A stretch of 56,351 bases of DNA, the filler included, from Trypethelium eluteriae (lineage: Eukaryota), in assembly GCA_051942245.1 (NCBI GenBank). It is 3 parts of 3 records of this genome, joined end to end, with 100 filler letters (N's around TTAATTAATTAA, not from the genome) between each part and the next. Parts side by side here need not be neighbours in the genome. Positions count along the whole stretch, not along the records: positions 37,684 to 56,351 come from JAVECL010000552.1; 2 more parts are not named here. One strand, given 5' to 3'. This document shows positions 46,301 to 56,351 of the stretch, one piece after another; within the stretch, counting starts at the first letter, position 1; each line of letters starts with the position of its first letter. The notes below the pieces were generated by a model. The model searched no databases and was not told the origin of the DNA. It was given only the letters and a program-made list of their open reading frames with translations. The position numbers and the translations under genes are program-made.

Positions 46301-47279
46301 ACATAGGGAGCGAAGCCGATCGCAGCGTTTCAATCGACTAGCGCCACCAAAAATCGATCTCAGCAACATCAGCCGCTCCTCTTCGCCAGGGCTCACGCGA
46401 CCAGAGCAGAATGGAGGGGGACCAGATGGAAGCAGGCTCCACGACCGTAGATCCAGTCTCGGATCTTCTCAATCTCGCTCTCGATCACCTGGCGCGAGTC
46501 GAGACTATCCCAAGGGTGTGCGTCATACAGAAAGGCTGGGGTCGCGGAAACCGCCCACTGGCCTTTCGAACGTGCCTATTACAGGACCCGAGGCCAGCCG
46601 TTCATCGAGCAACTCCAGGTCTCGAATTGGCAGTCGACACTGGAGCATTACCGACAAAGCGCAGGAGCCCCACACCGTCGTCAACAAGCGCGAGATAGCG
46701 CGCATGGAAGCTCTCTTCCTCTCAAGCGGCATCAAGGCGAAAGAAATCACTCGCCGGGCGCTGACGCCACGGCCAGAAACGCCGCAGTTCCTTGTCAAGG
46801 CTGCGGAAGTGGCGAACGAGCCCCTGTACCCTGTGGCTCGAAAAGAAGAACACGTGCTTGCTGCTCGCATACTCTCGACGCATCTGGAAAGGACGTCGAA
46901 GGATATCGAGGGCAGCATCCAACGCTTCCGAGAGCGAGATGTGCAGAATCTGCGCTCGGAGCTTCATGAGGTCCGGATGAGAGTCGCGGACGAGCTGACG
47001 CCGCTTGTGCTCAATAAGGCCGATGAGGCGGATGCTTTTACTGCTGAGCTTACGTCGAGGCATACATTGGATATCAAGCAGCTAAATGATTATATTGAGC
47101 TGATGAAGAGACAGCGATGGAGGCGGTTGCGGTGGGTACGAAGAGCAGGGTTTACCATCCTTGAGTGGATGCTACTGGGTTTTATGTGGTGGGTCTGGTT
47201 GATTGTGGTAGTGATCAAATCAGTCAAAACTGTTGTCGTGGGATTTGTAAATGGTATTCGTTGGATCCTGTGGCTTTGA
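43347..47279 (+). CDS. Large low-complexity protein, Mtc4-like, with a C-terminal TM segment
   Basis: 1310-aa intronless ORF with GRSYNPLQLIRNRKVRARER, EAFADAYW, EIARMEALFLSSGIKAKEI and terminal LEWMLLGFMWWVWLIV..IRWILWL. The Mtc4 assignment is from recall. Confidence 0.7.
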   Translation: MSGRARDRAARSSTSSPPSVASSSTVSSRLVRKSQEVGGPVGIAGRKQSPGKLGWQTAPPQNDEQYLQARGYLDNSAITTSTLRQDQNRKSGGFLLSPAFNAKQRLPTEPSTQSHAGKGKGRADGALSASGQSIGGDSSHHSSNGPDTRSSDKRHSQFAQLRHSNSGAEQQSGRTNGTIGMGANGANVGGDLQGMRKIRSTDKTRHASQASPLRQPGMDPTEIVNMALNLSESRRRHLSAGRLASMPISSGRRVASAGLPQPNFPLQGSYRANESGNLLQQHLQKQVYSSRGVSPASARPDSYVSTGSNTSTPLDLSSDSPVAFDQPIGYGFHFSAGTIARAEKARKAIELSIEFRRLLQFLPPLQPDSSLPSNNMVTTTSHPGSATVEVSRVSSHADQERPLGRSYNPLQLIRNRKVRARERRQLDLDAGMWDDVEMAKCWIDTVEEQSRCPGYRMQDSVALPELDYEIHNKGPKEQQTGLSAKTKRTRLDWTFQPCEAFADAYWMERGDNKSSIEDRHGHKLFPDYKSPSVKDFSIDTQSAHDMRHKRKDYAEPMSASSSIASPDAREDTRGRTHKRRNFLHLPIHDTHGKFKRRSWHRSPSRSSTSTNLSSSEEEGSGGNKNPTIKISAKDEDTGPLARHMDTLMQSEKAEATGISPISPDHWDSQQARRPISNRFDNHIDSSTTGDSASPRDHRHWPTSKFFEFPKRPKRGVKEDTDRQPRSSLDTLDSTAPNSPNFKHSMPGISMDLSPPSTAVDGTANKHKKPKFSFLHHGDDKAKYNIESNDFAVSSQGKHASRLSADETRVQNRSSLEVPRPTRLRHVRSRTADESSSLRDAKDRIAEKELDEDREPPSAVERFFKSSRMRDLVRSEGSKLSDRIRRNNASNDGSKATEDSVGLADVSPYTSEEEGDMPQRESKPRPFPVYDETTETDDEKQVGRREPQYHMANLPSFKHSSALEKISTVGSTSAQVDDPISSQQRLHRERSRSQRFNRLAPPKIDLSNISRSSSPGLTRPEQNGGGPDGSRLHDRRSSLGSSQSRSRSPGASRDYPKGVRHTERLGSRKPPTGLSNVPITGPEASRSSSNSRSRIGSRHWSITDKAQEPHTVVNKREIARMEALFLSSGIKAKEITRRALTPRPETPQFLVKAAEVANEPLYPVARKEEHVLAARILSTHLERTSKDIEGSIQRFRERDVQNLRSELHEVRMRVADELTPLVLNKADEADAFTAELTSRHTLDIKQLNDYIELMKRQRWRRLRWVRRAGFTILEWMLLGFMWWVWLIVVVIKSVKTVVVGFVNGIRWILWL

Positions 47280-48250
47280 GCGTTGTATGTTTTTGGGAAA
47301 TGATGCATAGCGCGGCGTTTCTGGACACAACAAGCCGGTGTAATGTGGTGTTGTTTGGCCCACTTTAGCTGCTTGCATGTATACCCTTGAGCAGCATGAC
47401 TGTCAGAATTTCTTTTGTGTATTAGACTAGCAAAGATCACGTACATACTACGCAGCATCCATCTGCGCCCAATGCGCTCGGCACGCTTCAATAGAGACCT
47501 CCGACGCTAATAGAAACAATTATGTACCTGGGTAGGGTTCCGGGCAATTCGACTTGAAAGATTCTACGCAATCTCTAAGGGGTTTTTGTCGCCACGCAGT
47601 GACTCAGTAATTTTGGATCAGTGCACTAGTGTAGTTACGTTGTAGTTTCATTGAGCGACAAAAGTAGCTGAGACGAGAGGCGTTGGCCCGTGTCAAATTC
47701 GGATGATTTTAGCTTGCACGAGTCAGCTCGACAGGGATAGACACCAGGTATAATCCTCGTTCTCTCATGAACTACTCGTTCCCTTTATTGAGGGTACCAC
47801 TTACAGCTAAATTGTTACAAGCGCGTACCCTAGACAGGATTGGTCCCCAAGACATGATCGCTGTCTGTAGACTTTCATCCTTTGAAGCAGTGGCTTGAAG
47901 ACTTCAGCACATTCAATGGTTTGTGCAGTGCTACTTCATTAACCCCAGAAATACGCGCGGCGCGTAAGGCAAATTCCCTTTTAGCTACGTCACGCCAACG
48001 TGCCTGCCAGTCTAATAACATTCGTGAAAGTTAAGTCACACAACCTTAATCGCGTAGTGATCCAGCCTTCTCCATGCAGTTGGAGAAGCTTTGCCGTGGA
48101 GCCTTGCGTAGAGCCTTGCGCGGAGAAAAGAGTGCAGGGCTGACCCGCATCCAGCCTTGCTATATCAACGTGGGACGGCCCTGCACTTCCCTTCAACTGA
48201 TTTAATCTCTCAAACAGCTCTGCTACCGAAAATATTGCTGGTTCATTGAC

Positions 48251-50847
48251 ATGTCTGGAGCTGAGGCAATCTTTGGAGTGATCTCTGGAGGAGTGGGCTT
48301 GGTTTCGCTAGGTATTCATTTTAAGGCACGTATCCAGTCTCGAAACTATGGGCCTTGCGTTACAGCTACTTGAACAGCACCGCCAGTATGACACGCACAA
48401 CGGAATCCTCCTTAATCGATGTATTAAGAAATGTCAAGAAAGTACCTCTCAAATACAGCAACTAGTAGATAAGATGAACGACCACCTAACAGCACGTAAC
48501 AAAGTCAGGGGAAGATTCTACACCGTATACAAGGAACAAGAAGTGAAAGAGCTTTTTGATGATTTAGAGGGGGCAAAAAGCTCACTAGAGCTTGCGTACT
48601 TGATCTATCTGAAAGCTGAGCAGACGCGGCGAGATGAGACAATCAGTGATACGCTTGCTCTTCATAGCACATTGCTGAGTGGCCTGCAGGCACAGGTTAC
48701 GGCCGGAAAAGCCGATATTTCACAGCAGCTGGCACGGCTTCTACCATCTTCAACAGTATCGCAGCAGACTCAGTTTCTCGCCGCTGACAGCTGTACAGCA
48801 ATTTCAAGCGGACTGCTGAGACTAGGATCATCCGAATTCGATACGGGCGAACCGTCAAGCTATCGCGATTTGCTCGAGCAAGGCGGTCGCCCTCTTCCAG
48901 CTAAGCAAACCAAGCGCAAGGATCGCAGATCAAATATTCGTATCAGTCTGCCCCGCTGGCTCTGTAACCGTGTGTGGGAGTTCGCAATATCTGAGAGTCA
49001 ATCCAGCTGGGGTGTAACATTGTACACATACAACATTGTTCATCATAATTCACTCATCTTTAAGTACTGTCGGCTGGGAGACCTTGATGCAATAAAGAGG
49101 CTCATTAGGAGCGGAGAAGGATCATTACTGGATATCATGTCCTATGAACTCCCAGGCTCGGCCATCAAAATCAATATGACCTTGCTTGAGGTAAGCCCCA
49201 AGGCATGAACATGTGTAATAGCTAAGCTGTTTTAGTTCGCTGTCTTGCGCCAACAGCTCGAAGTTTGTCGATATCTTCTCAACGAGATAGAATGGCCAGA
49301 CCAGACGGCAGTACTGAACCGTGCTCTAGGATACTTTTTCCCGAAACGGAATGACGCCTTCGCTGTAAACATGTATCGTCTTTTCCTAGAAGCTCCTGGT
49401 TTTGATGCTGATCTTGAGGATGACCAGGTTCGTTATGGGTGGCTGGAAGGGTGCCCTGATGTGTCATGTTTCAACATGATTTTGGAGAAGTTACAGCCAA
49501 GATTCTACTTTCTCCCAGCAGACGCTAGATTTGAGCTATACATCCGGAACTACCCAGGGCGTGCTCTCAAGGAACCATTTCGCTTTCTCGATTATATTGA
49601 TTTACAACAATGCGACCCGAGACTTGCCTCATTACGAAGCAGTAGCGGCAAATCAATTCTGCACTACATTGCACATGTTCTGTGCTGTTCGAAGGGGGCA
49701 GCAGGTCATCAGGATATTGATTTACAAACATGGCTTGATATTGGAATAAACGTGCTAAAGAACGGTGCAGATCCTTCTTGCATTGCACGAGAGGGACTGC
49801 ACGGACAGCAATGCACGCCCCTTATGGACGCCGTGGGTATTGTAAACTGGATATTTTTTTTGTTGGACCCCCGAGCTGGAGGCTGAAATACTTAAAGTCA
49901 TTCGAATATGGGCCGAAATGATTCAACAAGCTGGCCTTGACCTTCTCGAGTATGGCGATAATGAGAGCCAAATCTGGAAGAGATTCGGTTCTAAAGATAT
50001 TTCCAAAGTCGATCGAGCAAACAACCTTGAATTTTCTGAAACTAGAGCGCCGGAACTAATTTACGGAGCTACACCAGCAGATTGGAGTTTGATGACTTGT
50101 TGGCCCCCTAAAATTCGCGCATCCATGCTTCACCCTCCGCCAGGAGCATTCCCCAAGAGCCGCAATCTCCCAACTACCATCATATGGGATCCGACAGAGG
50201 AAGAAAGAAACGAAGGTCCTTGGGAGATCGCTGAAGTGAGGATGATACCGTCTAGATACAGGGACCTCAGGGATGTAGGTATTGAATTAAAAGAAGCTTT
50301 TGAGGAGCTCAGTGATGGTGTCCAAGACGACTTGGGTGCCATCATGTTGATGCAGTATCGAGCGTCTCATCCACAAGGCTCTGCCTCAAGATCACATAGT
50401 CAACCTCGACATATGTATCGCAGGGATATGGTCTATGGAAAATTGCGGTCCTCCCGCAGACATCAATGGCTGGATGTATATCACTTATGCCTTTTTGATG
50501 CACAGTGGCGGTTGGCCTCCTGTTGCAGTCGGGCAGATGCAATAAGGACAGATTGGTACGGCCATTGCCAAAATCCGAGAAGTTGTGCTAAAGGGATATC
50601 AGCTGGGTGCCACTCCGTGCAAGAGTCAAGTTCGTGGCGACATAGCAGTTATCTCGGAGATATCGCTCAGTGCCAAGAGCAAAATCCCCGTGGAGACGAG
50701 CATGGGATACCGCGGGGCATGAGGCACAGTTACACTCGTAGCTGTCCTCAGGGCTGCGGCAAGGTTCATTTAGATCGGATTCAGGTGCCCGAAGCACTCC
50801 AACCTTACCACCCAACACCGTGGAGAAGATACAGGAAGCGAATATGA
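48251..50847 (+). pseudogene. Frameshifted gene: fungal N-terminal helical (HeLo/SesA-like) domain plus ankyrin-like repeats
   Basis: MSGAEAIFGVISGGVGLVSLGI is out of frame with SLETMGLALQLLEQH.... A normal intron lies at 49191-49235. Ankyrin-like segments: IFKYCRLGDLDAIKRLI, GKSILHYIA, LKNGADP, TPLMDA. A second frameshift at the T8 run 49854-49861 precedes IWAEMIQQAGLDLLEYG. Confidence 0.65.
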
Positions 50848-51987
50848 AGAATGAAGAAACACGACAGTGATGCTTTGTCCATGATAAAGGCTTGGAGTGC
50901 ACATGGCTTGTCCTTAATAGCGGCTCTTGATATCTATTATGTATCGTAATCTTGTTTTCAATGACAAGGCTTAAGAAGAGACTAGAGTATCAAGCGTGGC
51001 GGGAGTAATTAATAGGAAGACCTCCTGATTTACCTGTCGATGTCTTCTCTAGCTACCTACCCACTCGCCGCTAAAATCCCGGAATGCTCTTCGACATGGT
51101 CAAAGCCTGATCGAGAAGTGTAGAAGTGTAGAGTTTTTATGGATAACTCAACCATTCGGTAATCTAGAAATTGAAAGAGATTGCTGATATCCATCGCATA
51201 ACGGAACGTATGTGCCCAGCATCTCTGCATTCCGTAAGTACGATAACTATAATTTGCACATTCTTCCTATCGTCTAAAACTATCCCGGGGACGATCCAAG
51301 AGGTAAATAAGAATTCTCGTTTGCAGAGTATTGAGGCTGGAGTTAATAATGTGAACCTATTGAAGGAGTTTCTAGCATCCGGAGTAGAGGGTACCTTACC
51401 ATTCAGATCAATCTCGGTGGCTATCAACTTACATCATTAAGGCGCCAAAAGGTCCAAGTCAAGAGAAAGGTTACCGCATCCAAAGACAGGTCCCGAGCGC
51501 TTTCCCCTTGCGTATCGACAAGATGCTGCTATCGAGATAGCCACTGCTTGAATCTCGTTTAGGCCATCTTCTTAGCGCTGTTAGAGCTGCAATGAGGGGT
51601 TGTTCAAACACCTTGTGCCGTCGAAGCATGGTCTTTAGGTGGTACAGCGGGTAGAAACGTAGAAACCCAAGATGAGGGAAGATGAATTACCCCTAGTCAT
51701 GTCTGATAAATTTGACACGCGCCTGAGACGGAATTTTCATATCGAGCCTTGTAGGAAATGCGCAAATAGATTAGTTTACTTGAAAATCCGCAGTCCCGAC
51801 CGACGTATGTAGATGAACAAAAACTCTAGTAGAGTATGGAGTTGCCGGAAACTCCTCATTGCCATTGAGCGTAGTCTCCGCCTTTGTACCCGCTTCCCCA
51901 TCACACTGGTCACTATGAAACCACGTGAGATTTCCGTCTACATCCAAGGTGGTCCTCGAGCCTACATGGACCTTTACCTCAATCAAG

Positions 51988-54030
51988 ATGTCCTTATTCG
52001 GTGGTGATAGCGCCGCATCACGGAATACAATACCTGCTCTTTCTCAGTCTAGTTCAGACGACGAGGATGCTATCCCGACTTCAGCACAGCAATCCAGTAA
52101 ACCAAGCCGTCCCGCGATTCGCCAATCCAACAACTTGGACTCAAACGAAGTCCCGCTCTCCCCCAGCCCTCTCCTCGATTCGACCGCGTCCCCAGATGCC
52201 GAAGTCTCAGACGGCGCATCCTCATCATCCTCCTCCTCATCCTCCTTCTCCCTTCTTCCCCGACCGAACCGCTACACCGGCCCTCAGCCGAGCTGGTTCT
52301 TCATCACGCAGCGCGAGCGGTCTCTCATCGCCAGCCTCGAGCAGGAGCGCGCCAACGACCTCAGCATGCACCTCTACAATGCGCACGCGCTGAAGGCGCG
52401 TATGCGCACGCAAGACCGGGTGGCGCGGTCGAAGTCCTGGACGTCGAGGCATCAGTGGATGGATGTGGGGAAGGAAAAGGGAAAGAAGTTCCAGAAGTGG
52501 CATCCGAGAGCGGAGTGGACGGCGTGGCCGTTGGTGCCGGAGCGGGTGCCCAGGCGGGATGAGGTGTGGGGTATGGCGGGGGACGATGGGAATGAGGCGT
52601 TTACACTGAAGAGGGAGGAGGAGAAGGCGAGTGAGCTGATGGAGGATGTGTTGATTGGGGTGATAATGGGGCAGGCGAGGGAGCAGTGGGATGCGAGGGA
52701 ATGGGAGGATGAGGATGAGGATGATGAGGAGGAGACGGCCAAGGGCGGCAGGAGCAGGAAGAGGGTCAAGCGTGAGGATGGCAAGGCCTCTGATGGTGCT
52801 GAGCTGGAGCCGGATCCTATGGAGTCGCCCTCAAGATCACGACCCGAAAGTCCTTTGGAGCAGAGTAATAAGCCTACGATCAAAGCTATGGAAGGCGACG
52901 CTGAGACAAATTTGATGGATGGCAGTTTCCGAGAGCACCATTCCAGGCCGGTCTTCATGGCAAATGAAGAGCAGGAGAGGCTCATTCTGAAACCGATCGT
53001 ACGATCTCTACTTGCTGATTTGGATGCGTTGCTTGGAGCTCTCCATTATACAGCTCCCGACAACACTTCGACAGCCAAGGATACATTTCCTAAATGTGAT
53101 CCCCCGGCTCATGGACACCAAGCAAATGCCGATGCGTGGGGCCCATTGATGAAAGATCAGTTTTCAAAGCGGCCAGGAATTGGAAAGGATAGCACGTTCG
53201 TGAGAGATCCTCAAGAGTTATCAAAGCAAGACACGGTGCCCGAAGATGAGATAGACTCGAATAACAGTACATCCGATTCCGAAATGCCAGGGGATTTCAT
53301 TGAGCCTGCCCCCTCCGCACCTCAGAAAAAGACTCAGCCAGAGACTGGGAAAGGCCTGCGTGACTGGAGTGAAATTCTCAATGCAGCATCGACCATCGGA
53401 TGGAATAGGCAGGTCATTCATCGAGCAGCCCAGCGTTGTACTGCGCTCTTCGGCGAAACCATGTCCTTCAGGATTCTCAAGGAAGAAGATGCACAGATAC
53501 CCGTTGGTGCACCAATTCAATATACGCCAGAAATCATCCCCCCTCTTCCTCAGTGCGATGATGGTGCTACCCCGGAACTTATCCGCTGGGATGGCGAAAG
53601 TCGTCGGTGTCCTTTTCCCACGTGTCCTGATGGGAAGCACGATCAACCCCTCAGTGACATGAAGTCACTCGACAGGCATTTGCTCCGTGTCCATAATTAC
53701 GATCATTGGGAGGACAAGAGAGTAGGTGCTGTGCATAATGATGGGTTCTTACAGCCTATCCCAAAGCAGCGAGTAAACCCACGAAGGCGGCGCATACCTC
53801 CTTCTGTGAAAGATATATTGGATTTCAGAGACCCACAACACCCACGGTCTTCGTCAAAGAATACCTCGAGGAAGAGGAAGAAGAAAGCAATGGATGCCTC
53901 CAGGGATAACGGCACAGAAGCTGGGAGGGCAGAAGTGAAGAATGGAGAAGACTCCAGGTTAGACAATGGACAAGTGGCAGAAGAGAATGTCCACGATGAT
54001 GAGGAAGTTGTTAATAGGGATGATAGATGA
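51988..54030 (+). CDS. Rrn9-domain protein (RNA polymerase I UAF subunit-like)
   Basis: RPNRY.GP..SW...T..ER.LIASLEQERANDLSMHLYNAHALK, W.P...WTAWPL, LRDWSEIL.AA...GW...VI.RA.QRC.ALFGE.M.F, a C2H2-like motif and GAVHNDGFLQP. Confidence 0.75.
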   Translation: MSLFGGDSAASRNTIPALSQSSSDDEDAIPTSAQQSSKPSRPAIRQSNNLDSNEVPLSPSPLLDSTASPDAEVSDGASSSSSSSSSFSLLPRPNRYTGPQPSWFFITQRERSLIASLEQERANDLSMHLYNAHALKARMRTQDRVARSKSWTSRHQWMDVGKEKGKKFQKWHPRAEWTAWPLVPERVPRRDEVWGMAGDDGNEAFTLKREEEKASELMEDVLIGVIMGQAREQWDAREWEDEDEDDEEETAKGGRSRKRVKREDGKASDGAELEPDPMESPSRSRPESPLEQSNKPTIKAMEGDAETNLMDGSFREHHSRPVFMANEEQERLILKPIVRSLLADLDALLGALHYTAPDNTSTAKDTFPKCDPPAHGHQANADAWGPLMKDQFSKRPGIGKDSTFVRDPQELSKQDTVPEDEIDSNNSTSDSEMPGDFIEPAPSAPQKKTQPETGKGLRDWSEILNAASTIGWNRQVIHRAAQRCTALFGETMSFRILKEEDAQIPVGAPIQYTPEIIPPLPQCDDGATPELIRWDGESRRCPFPTCPDGKHDQPLSDMKSLDRHLLRVHNYDHWEDKRVGAVHNDGFLQPIPKQRVNPRRRRIPPSVKDILDFRDPQHPRSSSKNTSRKRKKKAMDASRDNGTEAGRAEVKNGEDSRLDNGQVAEENVHDDEEVVNRDDR

Positions 54031-54500
54031 GATGTGATGCGGATCTGTGTCTGGGATGTTGCCGTCATTGGAGCGTATGCCAGGGCATGAGGTGAAACGG
54101 CACACTTGCGGCGGTGAGTGTACTTCATCGGAGAGGCGTGGTTACTGAGACACACAGCCCCTTTCCTCACTTGTCTTATCATGTTGCAAGTGAGATAGGT
54201 CATTCACGTGCAGGGGTATGGTCTGTCGGTGATATGTTTATATTACTTGCTCCACTCTGCATGTTTCTCACTCTCCCTCCTCTACTGCACAAGTAATATA
54301 TCTGCTTCTTGCTAAAAGGCTTTAAACAAGGTAGGCCTTTTGATTCTCATATATCTCAAAATTCCGAGAGCTTTCCCGCTGGATTAGTCTCAGTTCCATG
54401 TGATCAGTCTTATGGATGTCGTGTATAGCTGAACGAAACTTGCATTGTCGGCCACCCGCACTTCAATGAACCACCTCACTAACAAGTCTTCCAAATACGG

Positions 54501-55219
54501 ATGGTCGTCCAGAACTCATCCGCTATGGACAAATCAAATACGGATGAGATGGTTGAGCCAACTACCAATGACTTTGAGAACTTTTTCAAACCTCAAGAGA
54601 AGAAGTTGATGGCGTAAGTTGAACAACCTGAGTCGCAATGAACATGACCGCTAATTCCATACAGGGCTATCTTCCTATCCTTGCTTGAATGGCCAACGGT
54701 ACGCATCCAACCTGATTCACCCCCTTGTATCTGATGTTCTGTTGGTGAAGACTGATAGAGGTATTAAAGATGAACCACACCCGAGTGGCCGAATTGATGG
54801 GACACTCGAATCCAAGAAGCGCCGCCAATGCCTGTGCCTATCTGAGAAAGAAAATCATGGGAGGGAAGGCTCCCCGTTCTCCTGGCAAGCCTACTGCCAA
54901 GCCTGGCGCAAAGCGCGGTCCCAAGTTCAAGACTGACAAGGATAACGAAAATCCTACCGGCTCTAAGATTAAAGCCAACCCGGCGGGAGACGATGATGGC
55001 AATTCCGACATCCCGGCCAAGAAGGCCAGATCCGAGGTCAAGAAAGAGGCTGATGAGGACGATGAAATTAAGATTGATTTTGCAGAGGTGAGGACCAGCC
55101 CCCCGATTCATACCAATATTCCCATCAAGGACGTGAAGACCAAGGTCCCGGTCAGAACAATCCATTTCTTGACTCTCCTAAGTAGCAGCGAGTCGAGTCG
55201 CAGTAATTTCTATCCATGA
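54501..55219 (+). CDS. Small fungal Myb/HTH-like domain protein (at least 2 introns; 3' end uncertain)
   Basis: Spliced: ...FFKPQEKKLMA|AIFLSLLEWPT|MNHTRVAELMGHSNPRSAANACAYLRKKI, followed by a basic, AT-hook-like tail (AKRGPK). Confidence 0.55.
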
Positions 55220-56039
55220 GCGGATGGCTATACGGCTGCAGGCTCTTCTGAGCAAGACAGCCGCATGTCTGAAGCACATTATGATGGATGATGCTAATGA
55301 GGAGATTCTAGTGGCCGTAGCCGTCGTGTTGTACGACGCACCGCATACGTGAAGATACAGGCAGGCAACCGCGGGTCTCTGCCGGGCACAATGTCGCCTT
55401 CACTTTCGCTGACTGGGTGTTTTGCTGGCTGAGGGGCTTTATCGTAGCATTGCGGGAAATGCGAGGAGCTTTGCGAACCACACATACACACCAACAATGT
55501 CTATTCTCTTGACCTTGTTTTAGAGGCAGACCCGGCTCTAAACAGGATTTCTCATCATTAGTATAATTCCAGGCCCTTGCTCCATTGTGAATCACTGCAA
55601 GAACAGATCTGGTTGCTTTGCGTGTGAATGCGTGAGCAAGAGTGTTCAAACACTCTACCGGGCGCTATCGAAACTTGTGCTATCATCACGTTGCTGCAGG
55701 AGCAATGTGAGAGTCCAGTAAAAGTGGGACCAGTCCAGAAGCGAACTCTTGCCAATTATCAAGTGACCTGCAAGACTCTGGTTCTGCTTCTTCTACCGTC
55801 GTCTTCCTCCATCCTTCACTTCTCCCAACTTTCTGCTTCAACTCAAACAACCCGGACAGAAGACTTGAACTTGACTGCAAGAAGTCTTCTTCCAACGTGT
55901 AAGCTCTTTCTTCCTTGCAAAGCGTGTCGTGTATCTAGCAAGGCTGACTTGACGATTTGGAAGCGTTGCAGAAAAGATCTATCACATTTCACAATCCCTG
56001 CAACTATCGATCAACTTCGGACTTCTGCTTATACTCGCC

Positions 56040-56123
56040 ATGGCGTCCAATACTACCTTGACCGAAAAAGACATGCGAAATCTCGCACTCACCTGGCAGT
56101 GCTTCATTGGTGGCGAACCTGCA
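56040..56123 (+). CDS. First exon of a second Myb/HTH-like family gene (continues beyond the window)
   Basis: MASNTTLTEKDMRNLALTWQCFIGGEPA followed by a GTAAGT donor; resembles the T.RE...LA.AWQCF...P first helix of this family. Confidence 0.5.
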
Positions 56124-56351
56124 GTAAGTTTAATTTCAATTTTCTTGCTCAGTCCTATTACTCTGGGCCTCTAAAATTCCCTCTCGCTTCTTTGCAATCT
56201 CACCACCACCAACCGTCCCGCGACGACGAAACAATTACAAAAAGAACAAATCTTGCTATTCCTTCCACTCCCCAGCATCTCCACCCATCACCACCTCACC
56301 TTTCCCCCCACGTTCAAATCCCATCCACCATTGATACCCCTTCTCCGACCC

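Noticed and set aside
50900..51780. AT-richer interval with 87-89 aa ORFs, possible transposon relic
   Set aside because: No recognisable domain, terminal repeat or target-site duplication.
55513..55546. Hairpin containing GTTTTAGAG, resembling a Cas9 CRISPR repeat start
   Set aside because: Single 9-nt match in a fungal genome, with no array or cas genes.

Overview
Gene-dense eukaryotic DNA from a filamentous ascomycete (Pezizomycotina), with short GT-AG introns and CTRAC-type branch points. About 29 protein-coding loci are present. Most are housekeeping or common families: DUF1275 protein, GH18 chitinase, Oct1, Mic26, Tan1/THUMP, an APH-like protein, a GPI-anchored protein, Exo70, an ascorbate-oxidase-like multicopper oxidase, Csm1/Pcs1, an AN1 zinc finger, an MFS sugar porter, Aurora kinase, Atp23, Tip41, Nop7, Gab1/PIG-U, Nat4, LYRM2, Mtc4-like and Rrn9-domain proteins. 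Two artificial 100-nt scaffold linkers (N44-TTAATTAATTAA-N44) truncate four genes. No rRNA, tRNA, CRISPR array or intact transposon was recognised. The most notable observations are: (1) an orphan non-nucleoporin protein with two tandem Nup98-type GLEBS motifs, directly downstream of a modin (MOD-A-like) gene; (2) a ~300-nt cluster of strong hairpins with competing pairings upstream of an APH-like gene that lacks its catalytic aspartates; (3) recurrent C-rich to G-rich skew-switch islands that ignore gene orientation; (4) a frameshifted gene encoding an N-terminal helical domain plus ankyrin-like repeats. All family assignments come from recognising motifs by eye; no database search or folding program was run.
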